Below are positions 41,601 to 55,653 of a stretch of DNA of 64,000 nucleotides, piece by piece. The stretch comes from Ascidiella aspersa (taxonomy: Eukaryota), in the NCBI GenBank assembly GCA_963924565.1, contig OZ004612.1:744001-808000 (forward strand), in the 5' to 3' direction. The notes under the pieces were generated by a model, which ran no database searches, was not told the origin of the DNA, and saw only the letters and a list, made by a program, of their open reading frames with translations. The position numbers and the translations under genes were made by a program. Each line of letters begins with the position of its first letter. The stretch's first letter is position 1.

Positions 41601-43229
41601 CGAGTGTTATGTTGGCAGTTTATGCAGGTGTAGTGTTTTGAGAAATGTTGGGTAGCGTTTGCCAGGTGGCAGTGTATGTTGGCTGGTGGTCGCTGTCATT
41701 ACCAGGTGGCAGGTGGCTAGTGCCATGTTGGCAGTGTTATGTTGTATGTTGGCAGGTGGTCGCTGTCATTACCAGGTGGCCAGTGCCAGTTGACAGTGTT
41801 ATGTTTGCACGTGGCAGGTGGCTGGTGGTCGCTGTCATTACCAGGTGGCAGTGCCATGTTGGCCGATGTTTATTAGCATTGTTGTCAGTGTAATATTGTT
41901 ATTTTTATTTACAGCTTGCCTCTCTACATTGACAATTATATTCAGTCTCTCGTTGATTTAATATTGTTTGTAAAAACTAGGAAGTATTTTAGACAACAGA
42001 GCTGGTCTAGTTACGTCATTATGACGCGTTATCATGTGATGTCACCGCTGCCATAGCAACCATGAGATGACGTCCAAGTTATCAGCAAGTGTCCAATATT
42101 GAGGTAAGCATTTTATAATCACTGTTTCAAGGTGAATCCCTGGAATGCAATAGGTGTTGTGGCTTTGCTAAATTAATTGTTCAACACACCTTACTCATTA
42201 ATGATGAAATGACCATTTTCTGAACATTTTTCTGGCATTACTCACCACTTCATGTTGGTGGCAAACTTTAAAACTTCCCATGATATTTGGAACTTGTTGG
42301 AATTTCATCAAAGACTTTTCATCAGCTGACAGCTTGTTGCCTTTAATTTTTGTAAGTAAAACCAATCATTGTATTTTCTTAATAAGCTTTATTAAAAAAA
42401 TCTAACAATTATGTCGACTAGAGATATTTTGCTTACTTACAGACCAACCGTAGAGCAAAGATAACATGTGGCCCTTTAGTTTTTAATTTTTGCATTTGCT
42501 AGTTTTGAATAATAATAATGATGTAGAGTACTTATTTTCGGACTCTAACCTTTTACGTAGTTCAAGGCTATTTACCTTATTGAACAGGTTTTGACTCCAC
42601 AGTTATTTATAAGATATCCCAGTTTAGACGCTATATTTTATAAAATAAAACATTTTTATGCAATTAGTCTAATATGGCTTTCTGTTAACATTTATATAAA
42701 AGGATTGCTTTGTAGACACATTAGGGGAACTACCCAGGAATTCCTTAAAGGAAATCTAACTGAAGCTTCTAGGGAATTCCCCCATCAAGATAGAATGGAT
42801 TTTTGTTTTTTCAAATTTTTATCAAAATATATCCAGAGAAACAACGCCTTTGTAGATTTTGTGGTTGCTTTAATTTTGTTGATTTAAAAGGCGTTTTATT
42901 ATTTGCACTCAGAACTTCCTGTTGACTTAAAAGTTGTTTCCACAGTTGGTAATGTTAGGAGTTTTATCTGAAGTTTAAAACAGATTTTTATCTTAGAGCT
43001 TGTTATTAGAGAAAAAATGCAAACGTTTTTGAGGTTTGTTTAGAATCTTACCACTTTTTTAACCAGAAACTACACAGCACCAAAGAGTTAGCACGAAAAA
43101 AAAGAAAATTTATATTTATAGGGCCTACCATAATCCTAATGGTCTATATTTTTGGAATATGAAAAAAATATTAAAATTATGAAAAAAATTAATATTCAAT
43201 ATTAATATTCGTCATAAATGACAAAAAAG

Positions 43230-44210
43230 ATAATTTTTAAATGCCTGTAGCATTTACAGTAATGAAACGAGTTCTCTAAATTGAAATTGCAAGTAAGAAA
43301 TAATATGAGAGAGAACACAAAAGTGTGGTAGGATTCTAGACCAGAACCAAAAAGTGTACTTTTGTTATTCCAAATATAAACACACATGTAAACGTAAAAC
43401 ACTTGCAATTGCACATCTATAAAGTTGCGCTAGTAATTCCTAAAGGCTATTTTTGTTATTTTATTGTTCTTTGACACTTGCCACCGTGCTATCTGAACTC
43501 AACTAAATCGAAACTAAAACAAACTGTTATTGCATTTCAAAGTGCATACTGTCAGGTCGCTTATAGATTTATTGTACATTCACATAATTTAGCATAGCTC
43601 GCTTTCAATAAAAGAGCTTACAGCGCAGTAAAAACGGGTCTCGCAAGTAAGGCATGCATCAGTTGACTGTAGTGTTTAATCCAACAGCAGCGTGACACTA
43701 TATAGCACAAGAGCGACTGCGATGGAGATTAGCTGAGTCGAATGTCGGCTAGATTTGCCAGAACGGCCACGAAAGGAAATGAGTATCTAGGTGAAATATT
43801 TAACACTTTACCAGGCGAACACGCTATAATTACAAGCACAAACAGACATGCGTCGTTTCTCTACACACTCTAGTATTTAAACCTTGGTGTAAAGATATCT
43901 ATATTCATACCGATTGCGATAATTTTTAAACGCCTGTAGCATTTACAGTAATGAAACGAGTTCTCTAAATTGAAATTGCAAGAAAGAAATAATATGAGAG
44001 AGCACACGAAAGTGTGGTAGGATTCTAGACCAGAGCCAAAAAGTGTACTTTCGTTATTCCAAATATATTACACTTGTGTTGATTTTAAACACACATGTAA
44101 ACGTAAAACACTTGCAATTGCACTTCTATAAAGTTGTGCTAGTAATTCCTAAAGGCTATTTTTGTTATTTTATTGTTCTTTGACACTCTAGTATTTAAAC
44201 CTCAGTGTAA
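43230..44210. repeat. Direct duplication of about 250 bp immediately upstream of the Kelch gene
   Basis: 43230-43478 and 43920-44187 are near-identical (GCCTGTAGCATTTACAGTAATGAAACGAGTTCTCTAAATTG...). ACACTCTAGTATTTAAACCT occurs at about 43864 and 44183. Confidence 0.85.
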
Positions 44211-44214
44211 AAAA

Positions 44215-44421
44215 ATGGAGACTTTTCCTGAAAAAACAGCTGACAAAGATGAAAGAAAAGAAGATTTAAAAGTGGATGGGTACGCAACAAATTTGTTGCA
44301 AGAACTGAATGAGTGGGTATAATATCATTTGTTTTAGTTATGATTATAAAACGCCAATTTAACTTCTGTTGTGTTTTAAATTAAAGTTTGAATGAAATGC
44401 CATTACAATTAAACTCAATAA

Positions 44422-44459
<38 letters not shown>

Positions 44460-47400
44460 CTTTAAAGAAAATTCAATTCATTTTTGTTTTCAGAAAAAGG
44501 TCTTCTGGCTTTTTGTGCGATGCGGAAATTGTTGTAAATGGCAAAAGTTTTCCAGCTCACAAAATTGTCTTATCAGCCAGCAGCGAATACTTCAGGACCA
44601 TGTTTAGCACTAATGTACGTTTATTTATTTTTTATATTCCAGTATTTTACTATAGCATTAAATACATTTAGAATGTTCAATAAAAACAGGTAATAAATAG
44701 AATTTTTTAAGAATGAACATAAATATAGTTTCCTGAATGATAACAAATGATGTATTTATACAGTGAAATTTTTGTTCACTCTATGCTAAATAGATTCTCC
44801 CAAGATGACTTATTATAAAAAAAAACTAGCAAAAATGTTTTGACCAATTTAATTTGCAAAAAAACATAATTTGCAAATTTAACAAATTAAAACAAACTTT
44901 TTTGATCAACCGACAAAAAATTATAATCATGGTTTTAAGCGCTAACGCAGTGGTTCTCAACGTTTTATGCTTCGTTGCCCCCTGCCTATAAAAATCCTAT
45001 CATTGTGTTTAACTTTTTCGCTTGTTTTACTTGTTTACGTTAATAACAAACACGGCAATTAATCAACGAATAAATGCACTTGCTTTCTAAAAATTTAACA
45101 AATCAGTCCCTTTATATTAATTAACTTACTCAGTCAGTGATCGATTTTCGTTTTATGAATGCGTTACTAATATTTGCACGCCGTGCATAACCGCGCTAAA
45201 TATTGGCTTAAAATTACCCTTTGATTAACCCTGCAGCTTACTTGTGTTATAAGCTACGATGGAATGCTTCTTTTGCAACTTTATGCATGCCCTTTAAGGA
45301 AATTGCAAAATCATGGTTGCTCGCCCAGCAGCATTTCACAGAAATTTATTAATTCGGTGAAGGTTATCGCTAAGTAATTGGCCCCCAAAGAAAGCTGACC
45401 CCGCACTCATTGGCTGCATGTAAAGCAGCACAGTAACCTAATTGTTTCACCACAGCGACAGGCCTTTATCCAACCTTTCCCATCGCATATTCTAAGGCGT
45501 AAATTTCCGCGATACAACGAAAAAAATGATCCAATATTCTACTATAAACATTTTCACTGATGTGTCAAAATAACCTGTTAGAAAAAACATATTTTGCAGT
45601 TAACTAACTAGCAGATTGAAACAAAGTGACAGTTTGGTTTTGCAATCCTACCTAGCTAGAGAGCACGGTTGAGAAACCCTGCACTAGTGGTATAATAATG
45701 TTTAATTGATTCAAAGAAAGAATCTTTTGTTTATCATCTCTAGACGATTCATCATTGACAAAATTGTTTGAGCTATTAAGAGTAAATGTTGAATCTTGGT
45801 TAACTATTAGTGTTTCACTAAAATCACAAAAAACTTGTGTTTTACTAATATCAACACAATTCAGATGAAAGAAAAGTATTCGGGAAAAGTTGAGCTGAAG
45901 CAATTGAATGAAAATGCTGTGAAAGAGGTTCTTGATTACATTTACACTGGAACAACCACAATTAGTGAGAGCAATGCTTCAGACTTACTTCAAGCTGCAT
46001 CTGTAATGCTACTTAAAAGTGAGTTTGTTATGAATTACACGGGGGTGGTCCAAACACTTTATTATATGTTGCCCGCGGAACATTATTTAGTTCAGTAATT
46101 ATAAATTTGCTTACAGTCCACCTTTAGAGCAGTAGTTCTAAACCTCTTTTGTCAATATTGTTACACTTATCATTTAGTCTTGTATGTATTTTATTTATTT
46201 ATTTTACATTAAAGTTTTAAATATTTTTTACTATTTACTTTTATTGGTAAACTGATGATGCCATTTAATTATATGTTGAAAGTATATTTATATTAAAAAT
46301 TTTAGATCTTTCTGACTGATTGTTGTTTGAAGTGATGCGCTTCTCAAGCTAATAACATTACACTTACTTTCTGCATATAAACTGACAAACATTGTTTTTC
46401 ACTATACTTTAAACATTTTATGGCTGCGAAAAATATTTACATTAAATTACTTTTATCAATTAAGGCCAAAAACTGATATAAAATGACTTATTTTTAATGC
46501 CAGTCACAAATTTTAGGTTATGGGTCAATTTATTGTGGCAAAACGAGAATCGTATATCACTAGTGATACAGAAGTTGCGAACCACTTTTGGTGTTTACAT
46601 TTGTAACTTTGTTGAAACAACGTCTTGCTAAAGGCACAAATATGAGCTGCTTGTACAAGCATCATAAGTTAACTGACAAATCATAAGAAATAATAACATT
46701 GTGTTTAACCTTTATTGAAACATTAGAATGTTCAAGTTTCACTTACTCCAGCTATTAGACGCCAAATCTGCCGTTCATTTCAAGTAATTTAAACAAATAT
46801 AACTTGCGCTTAAATGATTTTTGGTATTTCAATTTGTAAAATGTTTAAATTTTTCACTGGTTGTTGACAGTTGCATATAAAACTGTGAAATAAGCTGTTT
46901 ATGTTTTCTTAGCACTCATAAAGCATGCTGTGTGTTACCGCAAACAATTTGTAAACACTATGGTGGCCCTATATGCTGGTAACATTGTATAACCCTGTCA
47001 TAGAGAATGAGATTATTTTCTAAACTAGGATGTTGTAGTGGCAATAATCAAAAAATGTTTCAACCCACAAGCTACTGTGTTCTTAAAAAAATTGAAATTT
47101 TTTTTACAAATTAATCCAGAAATAAGTGCACATGTTTTGATATACATTGTATGTTCATTAATTTTTAAGCAACATGACATTGCATTTGGTTATTATGTGT
47201 TTATCATATTTTGTCATTTATAATAACTATTTATAGTAATGACTCTTTCAAATTGTTTTAGATTTGTTGAAAGAAATCGACAACTTTTTGCTCAAATCTG
47301 TTTGTCCTGAAAATTGTCTGAAATTTAGAAAAATAGGGATTTTGTTTTCATTGGATTCACTTCAGAAGAAAGTTGAAGATTGCATTCTGGAAAACTTTGC

Positions 47401-50400
47401 TGTTGTTAGTGACCAGGAAGAATTCAAACAATTGTCACTTCACGATGTGAAAGTTTATTTTGCCTCCAATGAAATACAGGTTAAGTAATTTTATTTTTAT
47501 TCCGTTCTATCAATAACAAATTTATATTTTTGTCCACAGTGACAGTTGATAAATATTCTAAACTGAAATTTCACATTAAAAGTTAAATTGTTTATTTTTT
47601 ACTGAACTATACATACATACATATAATTATATACATACATATAATTATATACATACATATAATTATATATTTACATGTAAAGCAGGCCTGGTTAAAATTG
47701 TATGAGCGCTGCGACAAAAACTTTTTTGGGGGCCGCCATGTGCGATATAGAGATGTACAGCTAAAAAAGTTAAACATAAAAAACAACTGCCTAAAAAATC
47801 ATCTTTATGGAAACTTAAATCTTTTTGTAAAGTTTAAGCAACACACAAGAAGTCTGCACTTTAAGAATTCCCCCTTTTTTATTTGTGCTATTCGTGCTAC
47901 ATAATCTGTGTCCTATTGTATTTGTGTTTTTTAGGTTGAAACTGAAGATGTTATGTTCAAAGCACTCATGAGTTGGATTTCAAGTGATTTGATGAAAAGG
48001 CAAGAACATTTCAGCAAGCTTTTTCGCTTTATTCGTCTCCAACATGTCACCAAAGATTTTCTGCTCAACACCATCAGGAATGAGGTATTTATCAAAGTCA
48101 CAAAATTGTGGTCATTTTTTAAATACAGAATTATAGGAAGGCTTTTATATTCATAACTATGTCTGGTTCACCGTTTTAATTTGTTTTTATATATATATAT
48201 TCATTATTTTTATGCTTAACTGTTAATTTTATAATTGTTAATATCACTTACATTGCTGGCAAGCATAGATATATTTAGCCATTCCATCTTTTCAAGTTGT
48301 GAACGTTGTCAAAACTGTTAATAATTAACTATTACTTAAACATTATTATATTGAAAATCTTTACTCTGTAGAAACTTGTTAAGGGTGACCATGGCTGTAG
48401 AGATTTGGTAGACGATGCTTTTCACTTTCAATTTCAACCTGATAAATTTGCGAAGCAGAAAAGAAGATGTTTCACTGACAATGGTATGCTACTTTCATAT
48501 TGGCAGCTTATGTAAAATTAGAGTCATTCCTTTTTGAAAATTTGATTTATGTCATGTATATATTTAAACTGTGTTTCATACCAAAAATTTATATAACATT
48601 AATTTTTTTTCGCTTGGAAAATTAGCATTAATTTTTAGATTTTTATAGTAAAGCTAAATTATGATCTATGTAAGAAAAGAAGAAATGTTTATATTAGATC
48701 CAATTCGCATGTGTTTACTGAACGAACAATCAGCAATACAACCTTTGCACTTCAGAGACACTTTGCAAACTGGGGAGGTAAAGTACTACACTACTAGAAT
48801 TTAAAAGTTCTGTACTTCATAGTCCTTAAAAATACCTGCATAGCCCTTTATGAACCCTAAAAAAATACCCTAAAAATCCTAGATTTGTCTGTTAATGCTG
48901 AAACTGAGGAGTACTTTCATTCCTGCAACTAATATGTGACTTATTTATAACAATGGAAGTAACAATAAATTTTCAGCCAATGCAACACAGCCTAAAAATC
49001 TGTTTAACAAGTCTTATGTCACCAATAGTTATCATTTAATTCTGCCGAGCACAAACAGTGAATAAATTTTTTCTTTTAATTTGATTAAATTAAGCTCAAA
49101 TACTACTAATTGGTCTGCTTGTGTAATCAGATATTTGCAATAAGAAAGCCTGATGATTTTTTTAATAACTATAAATTTACCTTTTAGTATTTTAAATGAG
49201 TGTTTCACAGGAAATTATTCCCGAAATGCACATAAGTTACTCAAGTGCGGTTGCTGTTCGAGGAAATGTTGTTTACTTTTGTGGTGGTTTTGTGAAAGAC
49301 AGCAACACACAAGCTTCAAACACCATCATTTCATTTGATGGTCAAACATGGAAAGTCGTTGGTAATATGACGTATGCAAGAGCTAATGCAATGGCTGTGT
49401 TTTATGGAGGTATCTACAAAAATATTCTATTCTATCGTTTTGTTATTAATCTATTTTTTAACTGGGATTTTCACCCATTACTTGTTTTGATCTCTTACTA
49501 ACAATAAAATATCAAATTGGAAACACTGACTCTATGTTTTCTTGAAGTTAACAAAGCGATAATTAATTTCAACAATTGTGACCAAGTACCTTTAGTTGAT
49601 ATTTTGTTTAAATTGCAAAATGTGTTTTTTTGCAAGCTACTTTTCGAAAAGCAATTTGTTGCCAATAACAAACGTAGCCATTTAAATCCGATAATACACT
49701 TTGTAAATACTGTTTTAACTAATTGCTTGCATAATTTGCAGAGAGCCTTTTTATTTTTGGTGGTGAAAACAATGGACAGTTTGTGAACATGACCGAGGAA
49801 TTAAAAAATGGAACTTGTAAAATTCACACAAATGAAAGCTTGGAGTATAACAGAAGATGTGGATCAGCTGTATATTTAAATGGTTGTATAACAGTTTATG
49901 TGGATCAGCTGTATATTTAAATGGTTGTATTATAGTTTATATAATTTATCCAAACTAAATGAAAATATTGAAATTATGTGTTTTTCGTTAGGTATGATTC
50001 ATGTTATTGGAGGATTTTCTACATTGCCAAATCAAAGACAAGGTACAAAGCGTTTTTTTGGTAACCTTAGTTTTTAATTTTGTTTTTTTCTTACACAACC
50101 AATAAATTGGTTTGACCTGTTTAGTTGCCGCTTACAAACACGTAGAGCATATACAGCCAACTGGAGCATATACTGATTGTTATTCCTATCTTACTGAAGC
50201 TAGGGCTAACTTTGGATGTGCTGTAAATGGCACAACAATATTTCTATTTGGTAAGTATAATGTGGCGACCAATAATTCCTTTTTGTGCTTCAGTTTATGA
50301 AAATATTTTTTTTGTAAGACGAATTTAATTGTTTTTTGATTTTTGGACAAAAAATTTAAAAGAATAAGTCAGCACTAAAACCACACTAGTATCTGGCGGG

Positions 50401-51501
50401 TATCAATCCTACTAATGGTTTGTCTATATCAGTTTTATCAATTACTATTTCAGGTGGTGTCGGAAAAAACAACCAGCTATTAAATACAGCCGAGTTCTGT
50501 AAAAATCCTGGTAATAACAGCCGCTACACACGATTGACTTCACCCAGTGTTCAACTTGGAATTACTTCTGCAGAGTTTTACTCAGACAACCAAGTGCTGG
50601 TTCTTGGACGGTGAGTTGTGTTATTTGTGAATACTTCAAACTTGAAACTTGATAATATATTTCCACAATATAAACCCGCATTTGCCTAGAACCTTAAAGA
50701 AATACCTAATATTATGTTATGTGTTGGATAGTTAAAAGCTTATTTTATGCTGTACATGTTTAATTTTGATGTATTTTACATTTGTATATATTCAATACTA
50801 CGTTATGCTTTTGTGTAGATCTGGTAAAGCTCTATGCTTTGATGTCGTGGACCAAAGTTGGAAAGATAATTTTACCAGAAGTTCAACAGGTAACCAGCAT
50901 CTACTGAATCTATGGTGTTTTAAACCAAGTGCGCAATTATTTTAGACAAAGGGTCGCTCTAGGAACAAAACGTCTTGGACCTAATATTAAGTGTGATTTT
51001 GTTAAAAAAATCTGTCAATATCCTAATTTTGACAAGCTGGTAATAGTAGGAATAGGTGAGGATGCCTTGCAAGTGTAACTTATTTACCAACATATTCTAA
51101 AAGATGGAAATAGACTTATTTTTGTGTAAAAAGTTTTATTAAAAACAAGCCAGTCTGATTGAATTGTTTGGGCCACATCTGCCCAGGTCTGTTTACTCAA
51201 TATATCTGGTGTTTTGTGAGTTAGAAAAAATAAACAATGAAGAAGATTATAAAAAAATTAATTATAATAAAGTTATTGTTTGGCTCTCTATAAATTTTAA
51301 TAGGCTGAATTATAGTTCGCTTTTATTAAATCACCTTTATTGAGAGTGGTTAGGAAATGATTTCTAATGTTAATGAAATGTAATCTCCCAAGTAATTTTC
51401 TGTTTCCAGCTGCTCAGCAAAGCGACGATGTTCGTTTATGTTCTTTAACCAACTCTACTGTTGCAAGTGGAAAATTATTTCGGCACCAACAAATTGTGTA
51501 A
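44215..51501 (+). CDS. BTB-BACK-Kelch (kelch-like, KLHL family) protein, 14 exons
   Basis: Exons 44215-44312, 44494-44614, 45865-46018, 47262-47479, 47935-48084, 48372-48483, 48698-48777, 49211-49409, 49742-49882, 49992-50042, 50125-50250, 50454-50610, 50819-50889 and 51410-51501 are phase-consistent. BTB (LCDAEIVVNGKSFPAHKIVLSASSEYFRTMF; VLDYIYTG), BACK (CPENC...ENF...EEFKQLS; EDVMFKALMSW...FIRL) and about 5 divergent kelch blades (YFCGG, FIFGG, HVIGG, FLFGG) are recognisable. Confidence 0.88.
44426..44455. repeat. (TA)15 microsatellite
   Basis: Directly visible in intron 1 of the Kelch gene. Confidence 0.95.
44948..45681. mobile_element. Degenerate hAT/Charlie-like non-autonomous element in a Kelch intron
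   Basis: Ends CAGTGGTTCTCAA and TTGAGAAACCCTG form imperfect TIRs. The TSD is degenerate. Confidence 0.5.
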
Positions 51502-52910
51502 ACAAGGAAATGTTACAAACATTTTCTGGGAAATTTTTCTGTAGTGTTTATACCCATTTTTGTTTTTTCGGTAATTTCTATTATAAATTGGTGTATAACA
51601 TGCAATTGATAAAGATGCTGATCTTGTAATTATTATTTTGGAGATATTTCCGTTAATGTGATATTTTTTAAGCCTTTGAATACTTTGTTATGCTTTAATT
51701 TTTTACAGTGTCAAAAATACAGCATTGTAAATATTGAGAAAGATGCACTTCTTGTTAAACAAGTGTTGTTTGGATATTTTTTAAATCCTTTTTTACGTTT
51801 TTCTATTTCATGCTTTAATTTTGATTAATATGCAAAAAAACAATATTGTATATAATGATTGTTCGTTCCAATCGTTTTTCATCTACAAAGCAATGCGGTA
51901 TTTTTTTTTGTAATAAAATTCAAGCGCTGCGTTTTATCCCAAACGATGTCTTACATTCTTAAATCAATTTGGCATCGAATCGGCACCGATACACTTCACA
52001 CAGAGTCATCATCATAAAAATTGCAGTTTTAGAAAGCAGACTTGAATCCAGTAGGCCTGCAACAAGATTGAGTTTAGAGAGCCCAGCTTGCTTTTTCTAA
52101 TTCTGTTTGCCTAGTTTTCTTTCCACTTTTAGCTACTTAACAATGTAACTGAAAGAAATTAACGGTTTTATTTTTAAACTGAATCTCGCGCGCAACTTAA
52201 TATGTGGTTTAGCGAGAAACAGTTTTCAAACCCAACATGTTTAGTACAATTAGATAAAAAATGGCGTCGCATTTTTACAAGAAATCCCCTTGAAATTTAA
52301 AACCAGTGTGTAGTAATAGTACTGGGTATTCCCCAAATATAGTTCAAAGCTAATAGTGCTTTTAAAAACGTTTGGCGTTTTTCCAAAATATGTTGCAGTT
52401 ATATGAATAACTATGCGGCATGTATTTAATTGAGGTCGGTCCGTTGGAATTGTAAGTTATTAGCGTAGACGGGCGCTTGCTAGAATTCTGCCACTTTTTC
52501 AACAGGAAAGAAGCGAGTTGTCAAAAGTTTAAATTGCAAGAAAGAATGAAATATGGGAGAATAAACGCTAACTAGCACTCTTACCGAAATAATGTTGGCC
52601 AAATATGTGTTGGGATACTAAACCTGCGCCGCGTAAACGCCTAAATAAAAAAAATTGTGAGATCCATATTTTTTGTATACTGAGCTATTGTTTTTGTTTA
52701 CCTGTCAATGTATTTTTATTTTATTAAATATAAACTATTATTAGGTTTTCTGTGGATAACCTACAATAACGACAGAACTACAATATTAAAGAAAATTAAA
52801 AACAACTTCAATTAGGCTATAAAAAGAGCACCATGACACAGTAAATTGTGCTAGCATTAAAATAAGTACATTTTATTAATAACTATTTAATTTTACAACA
52901 CAGACAAAAT

Positions 52911-54480
52911 ATGATTGTAATTATGGAGGTTGATTTTAAAAGTTGTTCGGAATTTAATTTGAAAGAAAAAAGTGTTTTTGTTGAAGATCATTCTTGCGAA
53001 ATTCTTTAGAAACTGAACGAGTAAGTTGATTTAAAATATCTGTAAATTACTATTTAATTGAAACAGGTGTCCTAGTAAATAAATGTTCTAAATTTATATC
53101 ATTTTTTTCGAGTGGTGCTATCATTAAAAGCTTCTATAGGACCATTTAAAAATGCCTAATTTCAATAATTGAAAAAATACAGATTACTTTTAATGACCAT
53201 CTTTTATGCAATGTCTAGTCATGAAATTGAAACGCAACACATTAACGACGACAGATTAATAACTAAAATGTCAAAAAAGTCGGAATAAGTTTTTGGGATT
53301 GGGTTAAGGTGACAGGTTTTATCGGCCTAATTCTGGCCATTTAGGTTCTTGCGTTATGTTGCTCTAATTTCGGTCTTAAGGCTGGAGTCCATAAAAGCCT
53401 GTTAAACTTTCCAAATGTTTTTGTTTTCTCCAAACTTTTGCTTTTCCATAAAAAAATCACAATCTATTGCTTTTGTGTAGTTATACGTTTTATTTCTAAG
53501 ACGTTGTAATTTAAAATAATAGGCAATAAAACGATGCAGGTTTTAAAACAACTAATAACTGTGTCTTCAGCCTAATCACAAAAATATTACAAACCTTTAT
53601 TTGACTCAAATTTTAAGTTTTTTGTTTTAAAGGCAAAGATCGATTGGTTTGTTTTGCGATGTGGAGATCCTTGTCAACAGCAAAATTTTCCTGGTTCATA
53701 GAAATGTTCTTTCTTCAAGTAGCGAATATTTCAACGCAATGTTTTGTTCAAATGTGAGTTGCGATTTTCAACTAAAGTTCTGTCATGGAAGTACAGTAGC
53801 ACAGAAAGGCATGTATTAAAGCCCATATAAGTAGGTAACATTTTAAATATTCCGTATATGTGTTCAAATGCTTTCCACTTTTATATGGGATTTCACATTC
53901 CTACTATGTCTAACTCAAACCATTATTCTCCAAAAAACATATATTCACTTTTGGAATTAAATAATAGAAAAAATTGAGTATTTTGTTTTAGAAAGTTTTC
54001 GATTTTGTATAACATTTTATTTAATGGGCTAAGGTTGTGGTTCTCGAACTTTTTTGCCTACTTAATATTGGAAGGATCCATAATTTTAGAAAAAAACAAA
54101 ACAATATCTTATTAAATCATACAAACTATTTTCTTTACTGTTAAAATATTTATTATCAATAAACTTCAATGATGTGAATTGTGAGCCGGTAAAACTTTCT
54201 TATCACCTGAAGTTTACTTTTTTGTTCATTATTTACGCCTTAACATTTTTCTCCTAGTTTTAATTTAGGAACTCTTATTACTTAAAGTAACTTAAAATCA
54301 TATTCATTAAAACTTTTGTTTTTTCAGATGTTGGAGCAAAATTTCCAGAAAGTCGAACTTAACCAATTGAATGAAGTTGCCGTTGAAAACGTGTTGGAAT
54401 ATATTTACACTGGATGTATTTATTTAACTGAAGCGAACATAACCAACATCTTGCAGACAGCCTCCATAATGTTGATTAAA
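52911..54480 (+). pseudogene. Truncated BTB(-Kelch) paralog, first three exons only
   Basis: Exons 52911-53020 (in-frame TAG near 53007), 53633-53753 (FCDVEILVNSKIFLVHRNVLSSSSEYFNAMF) and 54328-54480 (VLEYIYTG) mirror exons 1-3 of the upstream Kelch gene. No BACK or Kelch exons are seen before the PHLDB duplicate begins. Confidence 0.8.
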
Positions 54481-55653
54481 GTAAGCGCTTGTTTTTAAAA
54501 AATTACCAAATAAAGCTTTTTAAAATGAAACCTTAATAATAATTAATCAATCACTTGTCCCCATTCATAAAAATGCTTCCTATACTGGAGGTTATACCTT
54601 TATATTTGCACTTTATTTTTTGAAATGCAAAACTAGAGATGTTTGATAATATCGGATTGAAGCCAATACCCGGTGCAAGTGGTACAGCCATGGCTCAATA
54701 TGTCCATTTGTTCTTATAAATACCAAAAAGTTTGTGAAAAAAAATAAACAGTTTATTCTTATGAAAACCCTAAGCAGAATGCTGTTCAAAATTTGTAAAA
54801 ACTGTCACATTTGTTAAAAAAATAATTCATTTACTTAATCATAGATTTTGATTTACAATGTTAAATTTTAATTCAAGTTGCTTGTGTGTTACAACTTTGT
54901 TGAAATCTAAAATTACAATTGACCTGCAAACATTTCTTTGTAACTTAAAGTTGTAATACCAATCTAAATATATGAACAAACAAAACAAAAATTATATTTT
55001 TTTGTCTGTGTTTTGTGTATTTTTTAGACAAGGTTTTTGTAAATATTTTTTTTGCAATTTTGATAAACACTAAATTAGACTTTCTGATAAGTTACTCATT
55101 TACTTCGCAGTTTTCAAAAGAATGTATTTGCTCAACTATGGACCTCCAGGTTTTGCAGAGACTTTGTGCTTCATAGAATCTACAGAAACTAAACAGGTAT
55201 TTTTAGGTAATGAAAGCCTAAATGTCAATCAATAAATTAGGCATGCAAGTTTTACAAATAATATGTAAGCTGTTGCCACCAGGCATCATATTATTCCCCC
55301 CCAAACAGTTTTAACCCACAATTTTTAGGCCGTTTTTTAGGAAATACGATTTTATACACTAATTTAATAAAAATTGTAGAAGTATAATTTTTACTTTTTT
55401 GAACTGATTGTTTTGTTGTTGGTAGTGAACCGTACAAACATTAGGACAACCAAATATAGTCCTCAGTTGTTTTACAATCAGCATTTCGAATAATTTGTTA
55501 CAATTTTGTCTTATATATATTTTGTCTCTTTGCCTGATTTTAAATTAAAGTTGTAAACCTACGTTTCCCAACATCTAAATTATTTTTTTAAACTTTAGAT
55601 TTTTGTATTTTACTTCTCAGTATATAAGATGGCTACCGCATTCTGGTGTTACT

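Larger units (their letters stand above)
36318..42103 (+). ncRNA. Candidate spliced long non-coding transcript or decayed gene (series of short AG/GT-bounded exons)
   Basis: Segments bounded by pyrimidine-rich AG and GT: 36481-36560, 39045-39098, 39483-39506, 40064-40125, 40175-40245, 40449-40507, 40559-40627, 41915-42103. Additional GTAAG donors occur at about 36422 and 38979. Joined 40064-40245 has stops in all three frames. Confidence 0.35.

Noticed and set aside
40755-41893. Overlapping repetitive ORFs on both strands
   Set aside because: Produced by the minisatellite. Variable T-runs shift the frame between units.
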